Positions 25,498 to 39,510 of a stretch of DNA of 64,000 nt are shown here, piece after piece. Positions within the stretch are counted from its first letter, which is position 1, and the number at the start of each line of letters is the position of its first letter. The stretch is from the human T2T-CHM13v2.0 reference genome, Homo sapiens, in the NCBI GenBank assembly GCA_009914755.4, contig CP086569.2:13248001-13312000 (forward strand), written 5' to 3'. The position numbers and the translations under genes were made by a program. The notes beneath the pieces are model-generated. The model had not been told where the DNA came from, did not search any database, and worked only from the letters and a program-made list of their open reading frames with translations.

Positions 25498-25799
25498 TGG
25501 TGTCATGGAGATGATGGAAGAATGGGCACATCTGTGTGCACTCATTCTATCATCTGTAACAGTTGAGTACTGATGGTGAAGATATAGGGGCAATGGTACA
25601 AAGATTATCTGCAATTCATCCTCTTCCCTATATTTATGTAAGGAATATTGTATTGTGTGCATACACATAAAAGTTGTGATCATTAGGATGTGAACAGAAA
25701 AGCCAAGGTCTGTTGAATATTTTAAAGAGGTTTATTCTGGAGCCAGTATGACTGATCACAAGACCAAGTGTGTCTTAGAGAGAGCAAAGTTTCCCCAAG

Positions 25800-26530
25800 T
25801 TGAGAAGCATTGTGAGATAGATAGATAGACAGATAGACAGACAGATAGATAGATAATTGATAGCTAGATACATGCTAGATGGATGATAATGGTAGATGAT
25901 GGATAATTGATAGATAAATATCTAGATGATGATGATACATAATGATAGATGATTGATAATGACATGATAGGTGATTGATAGCTAGACAGCTAGATAACAG
26001 GTGATTATAATGATAGATGATAGAGAAGTGATAGATGATAATGATAGCTGATTGATAGCTAGATGAGTAATGATAATGATATATAAGAGATACATAGATG
26101 GATAGATATAGATGATAGATGATGGATACATATTGGGATAGATAGGTGATAGGTAAACAGATAGATAGCATATGAGAGATCACATAGAGTCTGTCATCCT
26201 AAGGTAGGGTGTCTCTGTTTTGGCATGATGGACATTTGGGGCTAGAAAATTCTCTATGGTGAGGCCGTTCTGTGCACTGTATGTAGGGTCTTGAACAGCA
26301 TACGTGGGCTCCACACACCTGATATGAGTAGCACCACACCCCACTCTTTCTGAGTTGTGACACCACAAACATCTTCAGACATTGGCCATGCTTATTATTT
26401 TGAGAATAGTATGATAGGTAGGTAGGTAGGTAGGTAGGTAGGTAGGTAGATAGATGACAGATGATAGATGGGTAGATAAGTGATAGCTCCATACATGATA
26501 GATGGATGATAGATAACAGCAGCTTGGCTC
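25800..26530. repeat. (GATA)n/(GATG)n/(TAGG)n complex simple-repeat block
   Basis: gatagatagatagacagatagacagacagatagatagata..., (gatg)n variants, and taggtaggtaggtagg at about 26415-26450. Confidence 0.9.
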
Positions 26531-26630
26531 GGCTGCGCAAATCCAGATCTCAGACACCAAATCCCCATAGTTGAGAAGTCCTCCTCTAGAGAAGGGAAAG
26601 TAAATTCTTACTCTCTTCCCTGCCCCACAG

Positions 26631-26752
26631 GCATGGACGCCAGCAATGGATACTGGGCCCTTCAGTGGAATGCAGGCTCAGGTGGCTCCCTGAGAACGAA
26701 ACCACTTTTGCAAGAATCTTGCAGCACCGCGACTATGCAACTGGCCTCATAA
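26631..26752 (+). pseudogene. ARSDP1: ARSD-like exon 3 homolog with a 1-bp deletion frameshift near 26687
   Basis: Acceptor ccccacag|GC. Translation is MDASNGYWALQWNAGSGG, then the frame shifts (GGCTCCCTGAG where ARSD has GGC CTC CCT GAG). The +1 frame continues LPENETTFARILQHRDYATGLI. Donor CTCATAA|gtgtgg. Confidence 0.75.
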
Positions 26753-26814
26753 GTGTGGATATGTGGGAGCCTTATATTATATGGTGGTTGAGAAGATTCA
26801 TGATAAAAAAGATC

Positions 26815-27125
26815 CCAGTCTGGGTGCAGTGGCTCATGCCCGTAATCCCAGCACTTTGGGAAGATGAGGTGGGCAGATCACGAGGTCAGGAGTTCAAGAT
26901 CAGCGTGACCAACATGGTGAAACCCTGTCTCTACTAAAAATACAAAAATTAGCTGTGCGTGGTGGCGCACACCTGTAATCCCATCTACTCAGGAGGCTGA
27001 GGCAGAAGAATCACTTGAACCCGGGAGACAGAGGTTTCAGGGAGCTGAGATCGCACCACTGCACTCCAGTCTAGGCAACAGAGCAAGACTCTGTCTCAAA
27101 AAAATAATAATAATAAAATAATAAA
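26815..27125 (+). mobile_element. Alu (sense)
   Basis: gggtgcagtggctcatgcccgtaatcccagcactttgggaagatgaggtgggcagatcacgaggtcaggag...cactccagtctaggcaacagagcaagactctgtctcaaaaaaataat. Confidence 0.9.
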
Positions 27126-27192
27126 AATAATCCTGTTTTCCCTCAAAGGAAAACAATCCTGTCTCCTCTGAATCAGAAGTTGGTGCCCAGGG

Positions 27193-27495
27193 GGCCAGGT
27201 GCGGTGGCTCATGCCTGTAATCCCAGCACTGTGGAAGGCTGCGGCGGGCAGATCATGAGGGCAGGATATTGAGACCATCCTGGCTAACACAGTGAAACCC
27301 CGTCTCTACTAAAAAAAAGGCAAAAAATTAGCCAGCCACGGTGGTGGGTGCCTGTAGTCCCAGGTACTCAGGAGGCTGAGGCAGGAGAATGGCATGAACC
27401 CAGGAGGAAGAGCTTGCAGGGAGCCGAGATTGTGCCACTGCACTCCAGCCTGGGCGACAAAGCGAGACTCCGTCTCAAAAAAAAAAAAAAAAGAA
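27193..27495 (+). mobile_element. Alu (sense)
   Basis: ggccaggtgcggtggctcatgcctgtaatcccagcactgtggaaggctgcggcgggcagatcatgagg...cactccagcctgggcgacaaagcgagactccgtctcaaaaaaaaaaaaaaa. Confidence 0.9.
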
Positions 27496-29171
27496 GTTGG
27501 TGCCTGGTCCGTCTCATACCTATTGGATTGTTCCCAGTTTTTTTGAGTTTTTTTCTTTTTAAATTCCAAATCCTAGGAGATTGCCCTCTTTTCTTCTCTA
27601 GACCTATCAGTCTTCAGCTTGTCCCCATTTATCATGACCTTCTTCAGACATTATCTTTCTCTACATGTTCACTCATCATCTCAAAACCCCCAGAGTTAAC
27701 AAACACTGCCTTCCTTTAGACAACAAGCCCCAGCAGGGGCACAACACCTTCTTTATAACAGATACCATGTCAGGGGTCTCCAAGAGCACCATTTAAAAGA
27801 GACAGCATGTCAAAAGTCTCAAAGACCACCCTTTATAAGAGCATGTCAGGGGTTTCCAGGACCACCCTGTATCAGAGACAGCATGTCAAGGGTCTCCGAG
27901 ACCACCCTTAAGTTCAGGAAGTTGCTAGGAGGACTTGGCATACAGTTGTGCTCATGGGTGATTTATGACAGTCAAAGGAGGTAAGGCAAAATCAGTGAAG
28001 GGAATTACATGGATGAAGCCCAGGACAGACCAGACACAAGCTCCCAAGAATCCTCCCACAGTGGGATCACATAGGATGCACCAATTCCTCCAGAAATGAG
28101 TTTTAACAACACGCATGGAATGCTGTCTATTAGGGAAGCTCCGGGGAGATTCAGCGCCCAGGGGTTTCTGTTGGGGGCTGGTCCTGCAGGCACTCACTGC
28201 CTGGCACCAACCCGAATTCCAGACTCCCAGAGCCAAAGGAGATGTTTAGCATGTTTCACTCATGTCCTTGTGAAGGGACCACCAAACAGGCTTTGTGTGA
28301 GCAATAAAGCTGTTTATTTCACCTGGGTGCAGGCAGGCTGAGTCCAAAAAGAGAGTCAGCGAAGGGAGATGGGGATGGGGCCATTTTATAAGATTTGAGT
28401 AGGTAGTGGAAAATTACAGTCAAAGAAGGTTGTTTCCTGGCAGGCAGCAGGGGCAGCCGGGAGGGTCACAAGGTGCTCAGTGGGAGAGCGTTTGAGCCAG
28501 GATAAGCCAGGAGAAGGAATTTCACAAGGTAATGTCATCAGTTAAGGCAGGAACAGGCCATTTTCACTTCTTTTGTGGTTCTTCAGTTACTTCAGGCCAT
28601 CTGGATGTATACATGCAGGTCACAGGGGATATGATGGCTTAGCTTGGGCTCAGAGGCCTGACAGCATGAACCACATTGCTTTTGCATATAGCTTAGGCAG
28701 TCAGCTTACTATTTTAATAATGTGAATTCTCCACTGGAAATCCAGATCTCAAACACCAGCCATGGGGAATCTTACAAGCCGGCCTTCCTAAGGGGCACTA
28801 GCTCAGGCCTGCCCCTTAAACTCCTTTCTGCACGGAGAGGAAAGGAGGGAGATGTTGGTTTATGCCGCCAAGCACCAGGCAGTCTGCTGGTTACCTCCTT
28901 CATTCCTTACACAGCCTGTGGGTTTAGAGGTGCTGTCCCCGTCATACACATGAGAACGTGGGAGCGCAGTGGTGAGGCCACCCGCCCCAACCTGGTGGTG
29001 GGATTTCTGTGCAGGGTCCCCAGTTCCTCTCTGTGCTTTTCTCACACTCAAAGCCACTGTCCCATTCACAGGAGCCGCAACACCCCAACTTGTCCAAAGC
29101 TGTGGTTTTCTAAAGGAGGACAACCATTGTTCCTCCTTTTCAAGTTTCCTGCCACTTTATTTTTATTTTGA

Positions 29172-29850
<679 letters not shown>

Positions 29851-30179
29851 TTTTCTTTCTTTTGTTAACTATTTTAGTGGATTTACTTTTGTTTACCAAG
29901 ATTGCATGCATCTTGGTAAACATTTGCATTTCTTCTAAGAGTCTTCATTTTGTGGTACACATACTCAGTCTGTTTTGGTGAAAGCCTGTTCTTCATGTTC
30001 CAGAGACACTCCTCACTATATCCAAGCATATTTTTTCCCCTAAATGTAAGAAGGGGGAATAGGAGTGTGTCTGGGTTTGAGAAAAAGATACATTTTTAGG
30101 GATTCTGAGGACAGTTTGTGAGGAATGGTCAGGAGGAAGTAGGGAGAAACCAGCTTGAACTCCTCCACTGTTTTGTTTG

Positions 30180-30495
<316 letters not shown>

Positions 30496-31099
30496 TAGTT
30501 TCAAGTGGGGCAAATAAGGCCCTGAAACCTTTCCCATCTATTTCTGTACCTGAATTTGAGTTGGCAGGTGGTCTGGATGTGAGATGGACAGAAGGGTTGC
30601 ATGGACACCCCAGTTCTCAGACATTCTCCTGAAATTTGAGGTGTGGGCTTCCCCACATTCTAGCTCTACGATATTGTTCTAACAGTTATTGCCTTAGGAA
30701 AAATTGTATAAGGGCATTTTGATTACAAGTTGGTGGAGAGAGCCAGTTTCTGCTACTACATTTCAGAATTATTCAGGAGTCAACTATCATTAGTAACTGG
30801 TTACCTTTTAAGTAACATATATATTTATATACATATAAAATATAATATATAATATATACTTTATTTTTTATACACTTAAATATATATTTATATACTTTAT
30901 TTTTACTTTAATACTTATATATAACTTATAATACTTATATTTACTTATATACAACTATTATGTATTACTCATATATAACATATAATATATATTACCTTAT
31001 AAAATATGTAAGTATATATTATATATGACATATAAAATATATAGGTAATGTATACTTACAAATTTTAGGTAATATATCTGTTACTTAAAGATATTTACC

Positions 31100-31395
31100 T
31101 GTGGTGAGGCGTGGTGGCTCACACCTGTAATCCCAGCATTTTGGGAGGCTGAGGCAGGCAGATCACCTGAGGTCAGGAGTTCAAGACCAGCCTGACCAAC
31201 ATGGAGAAACCTCATCTCTACTAAAAATACAAAAAATTAGCCGGAGACGGTGGTGCATGCCTGTAATCCCAGTTACTCAGGAGGCTGAGGTAGGAGAATT
31301 GCCTTAACTGGGAGGCAGAGGTTGCAGTGAGCCAAGATTGTGCCACTGAACTCCAGCCTGAGTGACACAGCATGACTCCATCTCAAAAAAAAAAA
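31100..31395 (+). mobile_element. Alu (sense), embedded in the AT-rich block
   Basis: ggtgaggcgtggtggctcacacctgtaatcccagcattttgggaggctgaggcaggcagatcacctgaggtcaggag...aactccagcctgagtgacacagcatgactccatctcaaaaaaaaaaaaa. Confidence 0.9.
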
Positions 31396-31894
31396 AAACT
31401 ATTTACCTGTATATATAGGTTATATATATTTATAGATTACCTATGTATATATAAATATTAATATTTATACAGATATATATATCTATATGTTATGAATGTA
31501 TATTTAAAAATTAATACATTTTATTTATATTAATATATTTGTATATATAAATATTAATATTTTTATATACATAGGTTATATATATTATATATAACCTGTA
31601 TTCATATAGGTTATATAGAATATATATTTGTATTTATTTATATATATAAATTTATATATAGGGTCCCTTTGATGTATTGTGTATTCTTACATTATAAAGG
31701 TTTTCTTTTTTCAGTATAATATATAATATGCTATAACATATAATATGTAACTATATATTTGTAATGTATATGATATATAACCTATATTTGCATTATATAT
31801 AAATATAAATATTTTGAAAGGTATGCAACTCCTATATTGAAAGGTATGTAACTATAACATTTTAAATATTTATATTTATCACATTATATTTATA

Positions 31895-32295
31895 GTTATA
31901 TAGGTTATATATTACATATAAAACCTATATTATAGGTAATATATTACATATAAAACCTACATTATAGGTTATATATATAACCTATATTATAGGTTATATA
32001 TATAACCTATAATAGGTTATATATATAACCTATAATATAGGTTATATATATAACCTATATTATAGGTTATATATATAACCTATATTATAGGTTATATATA
32101 AAACCTATAATATAGGTTATATATAAAACCTATATTATAGGTTATATATATAACCTATATTATAGGTTATATATAAAACCTATAATATAGGTTATATATA
32201 AAATCTATATTATAGGTTATATATAAAATCTATATTATAGGTTATATATAAAATCTATATTATAGGTTATATATAAAATCTATATTATCGGTAAT
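31895..32295. repeat. Array of ~15 perfect or near-perfect 24-nt AT-rich palindromes (PATRR-like), unit period ~25-26 bp
   Basis: The repeated unit tataggttatatatataacctata is its own reverse complement. It sits inside a 1.5 kb (TA)-rich block at 30790-32360. Confidence 0.9.
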
Positions 32296-32444
32296 ATATA
32301 TCCTATAATATAAATACATGTATTACATATATATGTAAATGATATTTTGTAAATTATTTAATAGAATGGTCTAGGGTTGCAAGACTGTAAGAGCAACATT
32401 CTGGAAAGTGTTAAAACTTTTATTTATTTATTTATTTATTATTG

Positions 32445-32745
32445 CTATTTTTTTTTTTTTTTTTTTTTTTGTGGAGTCTCTCTCTGTCGCCCAGGCTGGA
32501 AAGCAGTGGCACGATCTCCGGCTCACTGTAAGCTCCGCCTCCCGGGTTCACGCTGTTCTCCTGCTTCAGCCTCCTGAGTAGCTGGGACCACAGGCGCCCG
32601 CCACCACGCCCAGCTAATTTTATTGTATTAAGAAGAGACGGGGTTTCACCGTGTTAGCCAGGATGGTCTCGATCTCCTGACTCCGTGTCCTCCCATCTCG
32701 GCCTCCCAAAGTTCTGGGATTACAGGCGTGAGCCACGGCTCCCCG
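32445..32745 (-). mobile_element. Alu (antisense, CpG-rich, young AluY/Sx-like)
   Basis: Poly-T, then gtggagtctctctctgtcgcccaggctggaaagcagtggcacgatctccggctcactgtaagctccgcctcccggg...caggcgtgagccacggctccccgcc. Confidence 0.9.
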
Positions 32746-32832
32746 CCAAAAGTCTTAAACCTTTAATCACTTGCCAAGGGTTCTGACATGGATACATTCA
32801 TTAGTCTTTCACGGATCAGAATGCATTCATTT

Positions 32833-33120
32833 AGGCCGGGCGCGGTGGCTCATGCCTGTAATCCCAGCACTTTGGCAGGCAGAGGCGGGCGGATCATAAA
32901 GTCAGGAGATCGAGACCATCCTGACTAACACCCCGTTTCTACTAAAAATACAAAAAATTAGCCAGGCGTGGTGGCAGGCGCCTGCAGTCCCAGCTACCCT
33001 GGACGCCGAGGCAGGAGAATGGCACGAACCCGGGAGGCGGAGTTTGCAGTGAACCCAGATCGGCGCCACTGCACTCCAGCCTGGGCGACAGAGCGACACT
33101 CCGTCTCAAAAATAAAAATA
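32833..33120 (+). mobile_element. Alu (sense, young AluY-like)
   Basis: ggccgggcgcggtggctcatgcctgtaatcccagcactttggcaggcagaggcgggcggatcataaagtcaggagatcgagaccatcctg...cactccagcctgggcgacagagcgacactccgtctcaaaaataaaaat. Confidence 0.9.
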
Positions 33121-33296
33121 AAAAAGAATGTGTTCATTTAAACACCGGTATCCAATCCATTCATTGCCTTTCCATTTCCAGTTTTGCTCTTCGCAGACTT
33201 TTCTTTTCCTGCCGAGGCGGAATGATTCGGAGGTTCTTTGCAGCAGAAAGGGCTGCTTCAAAGCGGGTCTCCGTTGAACGTCTGCGTTTCTTTTAG

Positions 33297-33711
33297 GAAA
33301 ATGGCACCAGGGTGTGAATTGTGCATTCCGCGGGGATCACTGCCACCACCCCCAGAACCACGGATTTGACTATTTCTACGACAAGCCCTTCACGCTCACA
33401 AACGACTGTGACCCAGGCAGGCCCCCTGAAGTGGACGCCGCCCTGAGGGCGCAGCTCTGGGGTTACACCCAGTTCCTGGCCCTGGGGATTCTCACCCTGG
33501 CTGCTGGCCAGACCTGCAGTTTCATCTCTGTCTCCGCGAGAGCAGTCACCGGCATGGGCTTCTTGTGTTTTATCTCTTGGTACTCCTCCTTTGGGTTTGT
33601 GCGACGCTGGAACTGTATCCTGATGAGAAACCATGACGTCACGGAGCAACCCATGGTTCTGGAGAAAACAGCGAGTCTTATGCTAAAGGAAGATGTTTCC
33701 TATATTGAAAG
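33297..33711 (+). pseudogene. ARSDP1: ARSD-like exon 4 homolog (415 nt, open reading frame intact)
   Basis: Acceptor ttttag|GAAAATGG, donor GAAAG|gtaagc. Translation is (R)KWHQGVNCAFRGDHCHHPQNHGFDYFYDKPFTLTNDCDPGRPPEVDAALRAQLWGYTQFLALGILTLAAGQTCSFISVSARAVTGMGFLCFISWYSSFGFVRRWNCILMRNHDVTEQPMVLEKTASLMLKEDVSYIE(R). This matches the ARSD-specific central region and differs from ARSL here. Confidence 0.85.
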
Positions 33712-33733
33712 GTAAGCAACCATCACATCTTAA

Positions 33734-33764
33734 AGAGGAGATGGGGCCGGACGCGATGGCTCAT
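33734..33764 (+). mobile_element. Alu (5' part), interrupted by the LTR12 insertion; continues at 35182
   Basis: ggccggacgcgatggctcatgcctgtcatcc, then the LTR. The Alu resumes atcccagcactttgggagg at 35182. Confidence 0.7.
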
Positions 33765-35181
33765 GCCTGTCATCCTGTGTCCGGAATTGGTGGGTTCTTG
33801 GTCTCACTGACTTCAAGAATGAAGCCGCCCACCCTCACGCTGAGTGTTACAGCTCTTAAGGCAGCGCGTCTGGAGTCTGTCCCTTCTGATGTTCGGATGT
33901 GTTTGGAGTTTCTTCCTTCTGGTGGGTCCGTGGTCTTCCTGGCTCAGGAGTGAAGCTGCAGACCTTCGCGGTGAATGTTACAGCTCTTAAGGTGGCGCGT
34001 CTGGAGTTGTTCGTTCCTCCCGGTGGTCTCGTGGTCTCGCTGGGCTCAGGAGTGAAGCGGCAGACCTTTGCTGTGAGTGTTATAGCTCATAAAAGCAGTG
34101 TGGACCCAAAGATTGAGCAGTAGCAAGATTTATTGCAAAGAGTGAAAGAACAAAGCTTCCACAGCATGGAAGCGGACCCTAGCGGGTTGCCACTGCTGGC
34201 TGGGGCAGCCTGCTTTTATTCTCTTATTTGGCCCCACCCACATCCTGCTGATGGGTAGAGTCCAGTGGTCTGTTTTCACAGGGCGCTGATTGGTGCGTTT
34301 ACAATCCCTGAGCTAGATACAAAGGTTCTCCACCTCCCCACCAGATTAGCTAGATACAGAGTGTTGACACAAAGGTTCTCCAAGGCCCCACCAGAGTAGC
34401 TAGATACAGAGTGTGGATTGGTGCATTCACAAACCCTAACCTAGACACAGGGTGCTGATTGGTGTATTTACAAACCTTGAGCTAGATACAGAGTTCAGAC
34501 TGGTGTATTTACAATTCCTGAGCTAGGCATAAAGGTTCTCCACCTCCCTACCAGACTCAGGAGCCCAGCTGGCTTCAGCCAGTGGATCTTGCACAGGGGC
34601 TGCAGGTGGAGATGCCTGCCAGTGCCAGGCGGTCCGCGTGCACTCCTCAGCCCTTGGGTGGTCGATGGGACTGGGCTAGGTGGAGCAGGGGGCGGCGCTC
34701 ATCAGGGAGGCTCGGGCGGCCCAGGAGCCCATGGAGGGGGTGGAAGGCTCAGGAATGGCGGGCTGCAGGTCCCAAGCCCTGCGCCGGGGGAAGGCAGCTA
34801 AGGCCCGGTGAGAAATCAAGCGCAGCACCGGTTGGCTGGCACTGCTGGGGGACCCAGTACACCCTCCGCAGCCGCTGGCCCGGGTGCTAAGCCCCTCACT
34901 GCCCGGGCGGGCAGGGCCGGCCGGCTGCTCCGAGTGCGGGCCCGCCAAGCCCATGCCCACCCATAACTCTAGCTGGCCCGCAAGCGCTGAGCCTCTCCCG
35001 ACACACCTCCCTGCAGGCTGAGGGAGCCGGCTCCGGCCTTGGCCAGCCCGGAAAGGGGCTCCCACAGTGCCGCGGTGGGCTGAAGGGCTCCTCAAGTGCC
35101 GCCAAAGTGGGAGCCCAGGCAGAGGAGACGCCGAGAGCGAGCGAGGGCTGTGAGGACTGCCAGCACACTGTCACCTCTCAA
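33765..35181. mobile_element. Solo LTR of the LTR12 / HERV-9 LTR family (~1.4 kb) inserted into an Alu
   Basis: It starts TGTGTCC... and ends ...CTCTCA. It has three copies of a gtgttacagctcttaaggcagcgcgtctggag-type unit and an array of ~41-bp CCAAT (gctgattggtg) / ctagatacag repeats typical of the ERV-9 LTR U3 enhancer. A GC-rich 3' part follows (...ggccagcccggaaaggggctcccacagtgc...). The flanking Alu is split at 33764/35182 with an ATCC-like duplication. Confidence 0.6.
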
Positions 35182-35456
<275 letters not shown>

Positions 35457-35679
35457 TTAAAAAAAAGAGGCAGTAACTGCTCAGAGCATCTGAGAGTCTC
35501 CTTATAATCTTTGGGATCTCAGACACCAACCCTCGGAAGAGACAGCTTTGCAGAAGCCAACCTTTTCATGTGGCTGGGTTCCCCATATGAGAGTCTCGAA
35601 GTGGATGTCATGTGATGGCTTCAATAGCATTGACATACACGCCATTGGATTCTGTACATTTTTATTGACATTTCTTTAA

Positions 35680-36015
<336 letters not shown>

Positions 36016-36424
36016 TGAAATTTTGTTACGTGTATACACTGAATAGCGAGCAAGTCAGCATACTTACAGTGTCCATCTCCTGAGTACAATACATTTCGCT
36101 AGCTTTGGTCACTCTACTCTGCTACCAGACATTGAATGTATTCCTTTAAGCTTACTGTATGTTTGTACTGTTTAAACCACTTCTCTTTGTCCTTCATCCT
36201 TCCCAGCCTCTGGTCTCTATCATTCTATTCTCTATCTTCATGTGATCAGTTTTTCTTAGCTCCCACATGTGAGTAACAACATGCAGTATTGGTCATTCTG
36301 TGCCTGGCTTATTTTAGTTAACATAGTGACCTCCTGTTTCATCTGTATTGCTGCAAATGACAGGATTTCATTCTTTTTGATGGCTGAATAGTATTCCATC
36401 ATGTACATACACCAGATATTCCCT

Positions 36425-36720
36425 TTTTTTCTGAGACAGGGTTGGTTCTGTCACACATGCTGGAGAGCAGTGGCATGATCACGGCTCCCCGCAACCTGTC
36501 TCCCAGGCTCAAGAAATTCTTGTGCCTCTGCCTCTTGAGTGGCTAGGATTATAGGCGCCTGCCACCACACCCTGTTAATTTTTTTATTTTTACTAGAGAC
36601 GGGGTTTCCCCATTTCACCATATTCTCCAGGCTGGTCTTGAACTCCTGACCTCAACTGATCTGCAAGGCTTGGCCTCCAAAAGTACTGGGATTACAGGCT
36701 TGAGCCACCGTGCCCAGCCT
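36425..36720 (-). mobile_element. Alu (antisense)
   Basis: tgagacagggttggttctgtcacacatgctggagagcagtggcatgatcacggctccccgcaacc...ggcttgagccaccgtgcccagcc. Confidence 0.85.
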
Positions 36721-36739
36721 CCAGTCTTTATTATGGCTG

Positions 36740-36880
36740 AATGGTATTCCACTGTGGACATACACAGTATATATATATACACACATATATATATAAATAA
36801 TATGTGTATATAAAATATATATAGTAGTGTGTATATATATAAAAAAATATATATATATATATATATTTTTTTTTTTTTGA
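36740..36880. repeat. (TA)n/(TATA) microsatellite between two antisense Alus
   Basis: atatatatacacacatatatatataaataatatgtgtatataaaatatatat...atatatatatatatatattttttttttt. Confidence 0.9.
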
Positions 36881-37160
36881 GCAGGGTCTGGCTCTGTCAT
36901 CCATGCTGGAGTGCAGTGGAGTGATCAGGGCTGACTGCAAGCTCCACCTCCTGGGCTCAAGCCATCCTCCCACCTCAGCCTCCCGAGTAGCTGGGACCAC
37001 AGGCTCGAACCACCATGCCCAGCTAATTTTTCTATTTTTGGTAGAGGCAGCATTTCACCGTGTTGCCCAGGCCTGTCTTGAATTCCTGGCCTCAGGTGAT
37101 CCTCCCACCTCAGCCTCCCAAAGTGTTGGGATTACAGGCATGAGCCACCGCGTCTGGCCC
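36878..37160 (-). mobile_element. Alu (antisense)
   Basis: gagcagggtctggctctgtcatccatgctggagtgcagtggagtgatcagggctgactgcaagc...caggcatgagccaccgcgtctggccc. Confidence 0.85.
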
Positions 37161-37316
37161 ACCATCTATTCTTTCTGTGTTCACCCACTGATGGCCTCAG
37201 AAGGTGATCCCCTGCCTTGGCTCTTGTGAATAGTGCTGGAGTGAACATATGGGTGCAGGGGTCCCTTTGATGTACTGTGTGTTCTGTGTATTCTCAAAGA
37301 GGTTTTCTTCTTTCAG

Positions 37317-38125
<809 letters not shown>

Positions 38126-38129
38126 CAAC

Positions 38130-38470
38130 AATAATATAATAGTACAAAGAATGGGGGCAGAACACACTCCCATATCATATTTATTTGCTCCTTCAGTATT
38201 TCCAATTACTTGGTCTAATTCTGCACAAAATCAACCTTCTACACAGCCAGTGACTTCATGTCATCATCAGAAGCTACCGAAAGTGAAGCAATAAAGTTAA
38301 TGTTCAGGACAATGCAGAGACGCTGTCTTCCTTCTATGGCCTTCAGGAAACCATGGAGAGGACCGGTGAGGCTGCAGATTCTTAAAAGAGCACAGACATA
38401 AAAATTCTTGCAGAATCTGAATGTGTCTCCTGAGACAAGCATAGTGTTAGAGTGGGATTAGTTCACATTC
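38130..38470 (+). repeat. Local low-copy duplication, copy A (the MaLR-free paralogue of 38815-39510)
   Basis: tcccatatcatatttatttgctccttcagtatttccaattacttggtctaattctgcacaaaatcaacc|ttctacacagccagtgacttc...cctgagacaagcatagtgttagagtgggattagttcac. Identity to copy B is about 95% in the first 70 bp and about 85% thereafter. Confidence 0.75.
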
Positions 38471-38473
38471 TTA

Positions 38474-38790
<317 letters not shown>

Positions 38791-38814
38791 GAAATAAAAA
38801 ATGAATAATAGGAA

Positions 38815-39510
38815 GAAAAACTTCTCTCATATCATTTATTTGCTCCTTCAGTATTTCCAATTACTTAGTCTAATTCTGCATAAAATCAACTGTATTAGTC
38901 CATTCTTGCAAAGAAATAACAGATTGGGTAATTTATAAAGAAAAGAGGTTGGATTGGCTCATAGTTCTGCAGGCTGCACAGGAAGCATGGCGGTGTCTGC
39001 TTCTGGGGAGACCTTGGGGAGCTTTTGTTCATGGTGGAAGGTGAAGGGAGCAGGAGTCTCAAGCAGGAGCAGGACCAAGAGAGGAGGGGAGGAGCCGCAC
39101 ACTTTTAAACAACCAGATCTCGAGAGAAGCTACTCACTCTGCAGCACCAAGGGGAGATGGTGCTCAACCATTCATGAGAACTCTGCCCCCATCATTCAGT
39201 CACCCCCCCAGGCCCCACCACCAACACTGAGGATGACAATTCCACATGAGATTTGGGCGGGGAAACACATCCAAACCATATTATCAACCTTCTACACAGC
39301 CAATGACTTAACATCCTCATTAGAAGTTACAGAAACTAAAGCAATAAAGTTCAGGACAATGCAGAGATGTCACCTTCCGTCTATGGCCTTGAAGAAACCC
39401 TGGAGAGGACCAACGAGGCTGCAGGTCTTAAGAGAGTGTAGATATTAAAATCCTTGCAGAATCTGAACATATCTCCTGAGACAAGCATAGTGATAGGGTG
39501 GGATTGGTTC
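38815..39510 (+). repeat. Local low-copy duplication, copy B, carrying a MaLR LTR insertion (38895-39290) flanked by an ATCAAC(C)-type duplication
   Basis: The same sequence as 38130-38470 is split by the LTR exactly at ...ctgcataaaatcaac|LTR|...tattatcaacc ttctacacagcc. Confidence 0.75.
38895..39290 (-). mobile_element. MaLR (THE1/MST/MLT-type) solo LTR
   Basis: It starts tgtattagtccattcttgcaaagaaataacagattgggtaatttataaagaaaagaggtt, the reverse complement of the THE1-family 3' end ...ataaattacccagtct...ggactaataca. It ends ...gatttgggcggggaaacacatccaaaccatattatca, the reverse complement of TGATATGGTTTGG...CCCAAATC. Confidence 0.75.

Larger units (their letters stand above)
30790..32360. repeat. 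Extended AT-rich low-complexity region ((TA)n and (TATAA)-type), interrupted by an Alu at 31100-31395
   Basis: Read directly from the sequence: long runs of atatata / tatatttat with short internal repeats. Confidence 0.9.

Noticed and set aside
31895-32295. Regularly spaced about 25-bp direct repeats that superficially resemble a CRISPR array
   Set aside because: The units are contiguous and have no spacers. They are 100% A/T-rich perfect palindromes inside a eukaryotic (TA)n block. This is a PATRR/minisatellite, not CRISPR.
34582-35174. GC-rich overlapping ORFs (102, 139 and 92 aa) suggesting a CpG-island gene
   Set aside because: They lie entirely within the GC-rich 3' half of the LTR12-like solo LTR. 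There are no splice or coding signatures and the peptides are low-complexity Gly/Ala/Arg/Pro.
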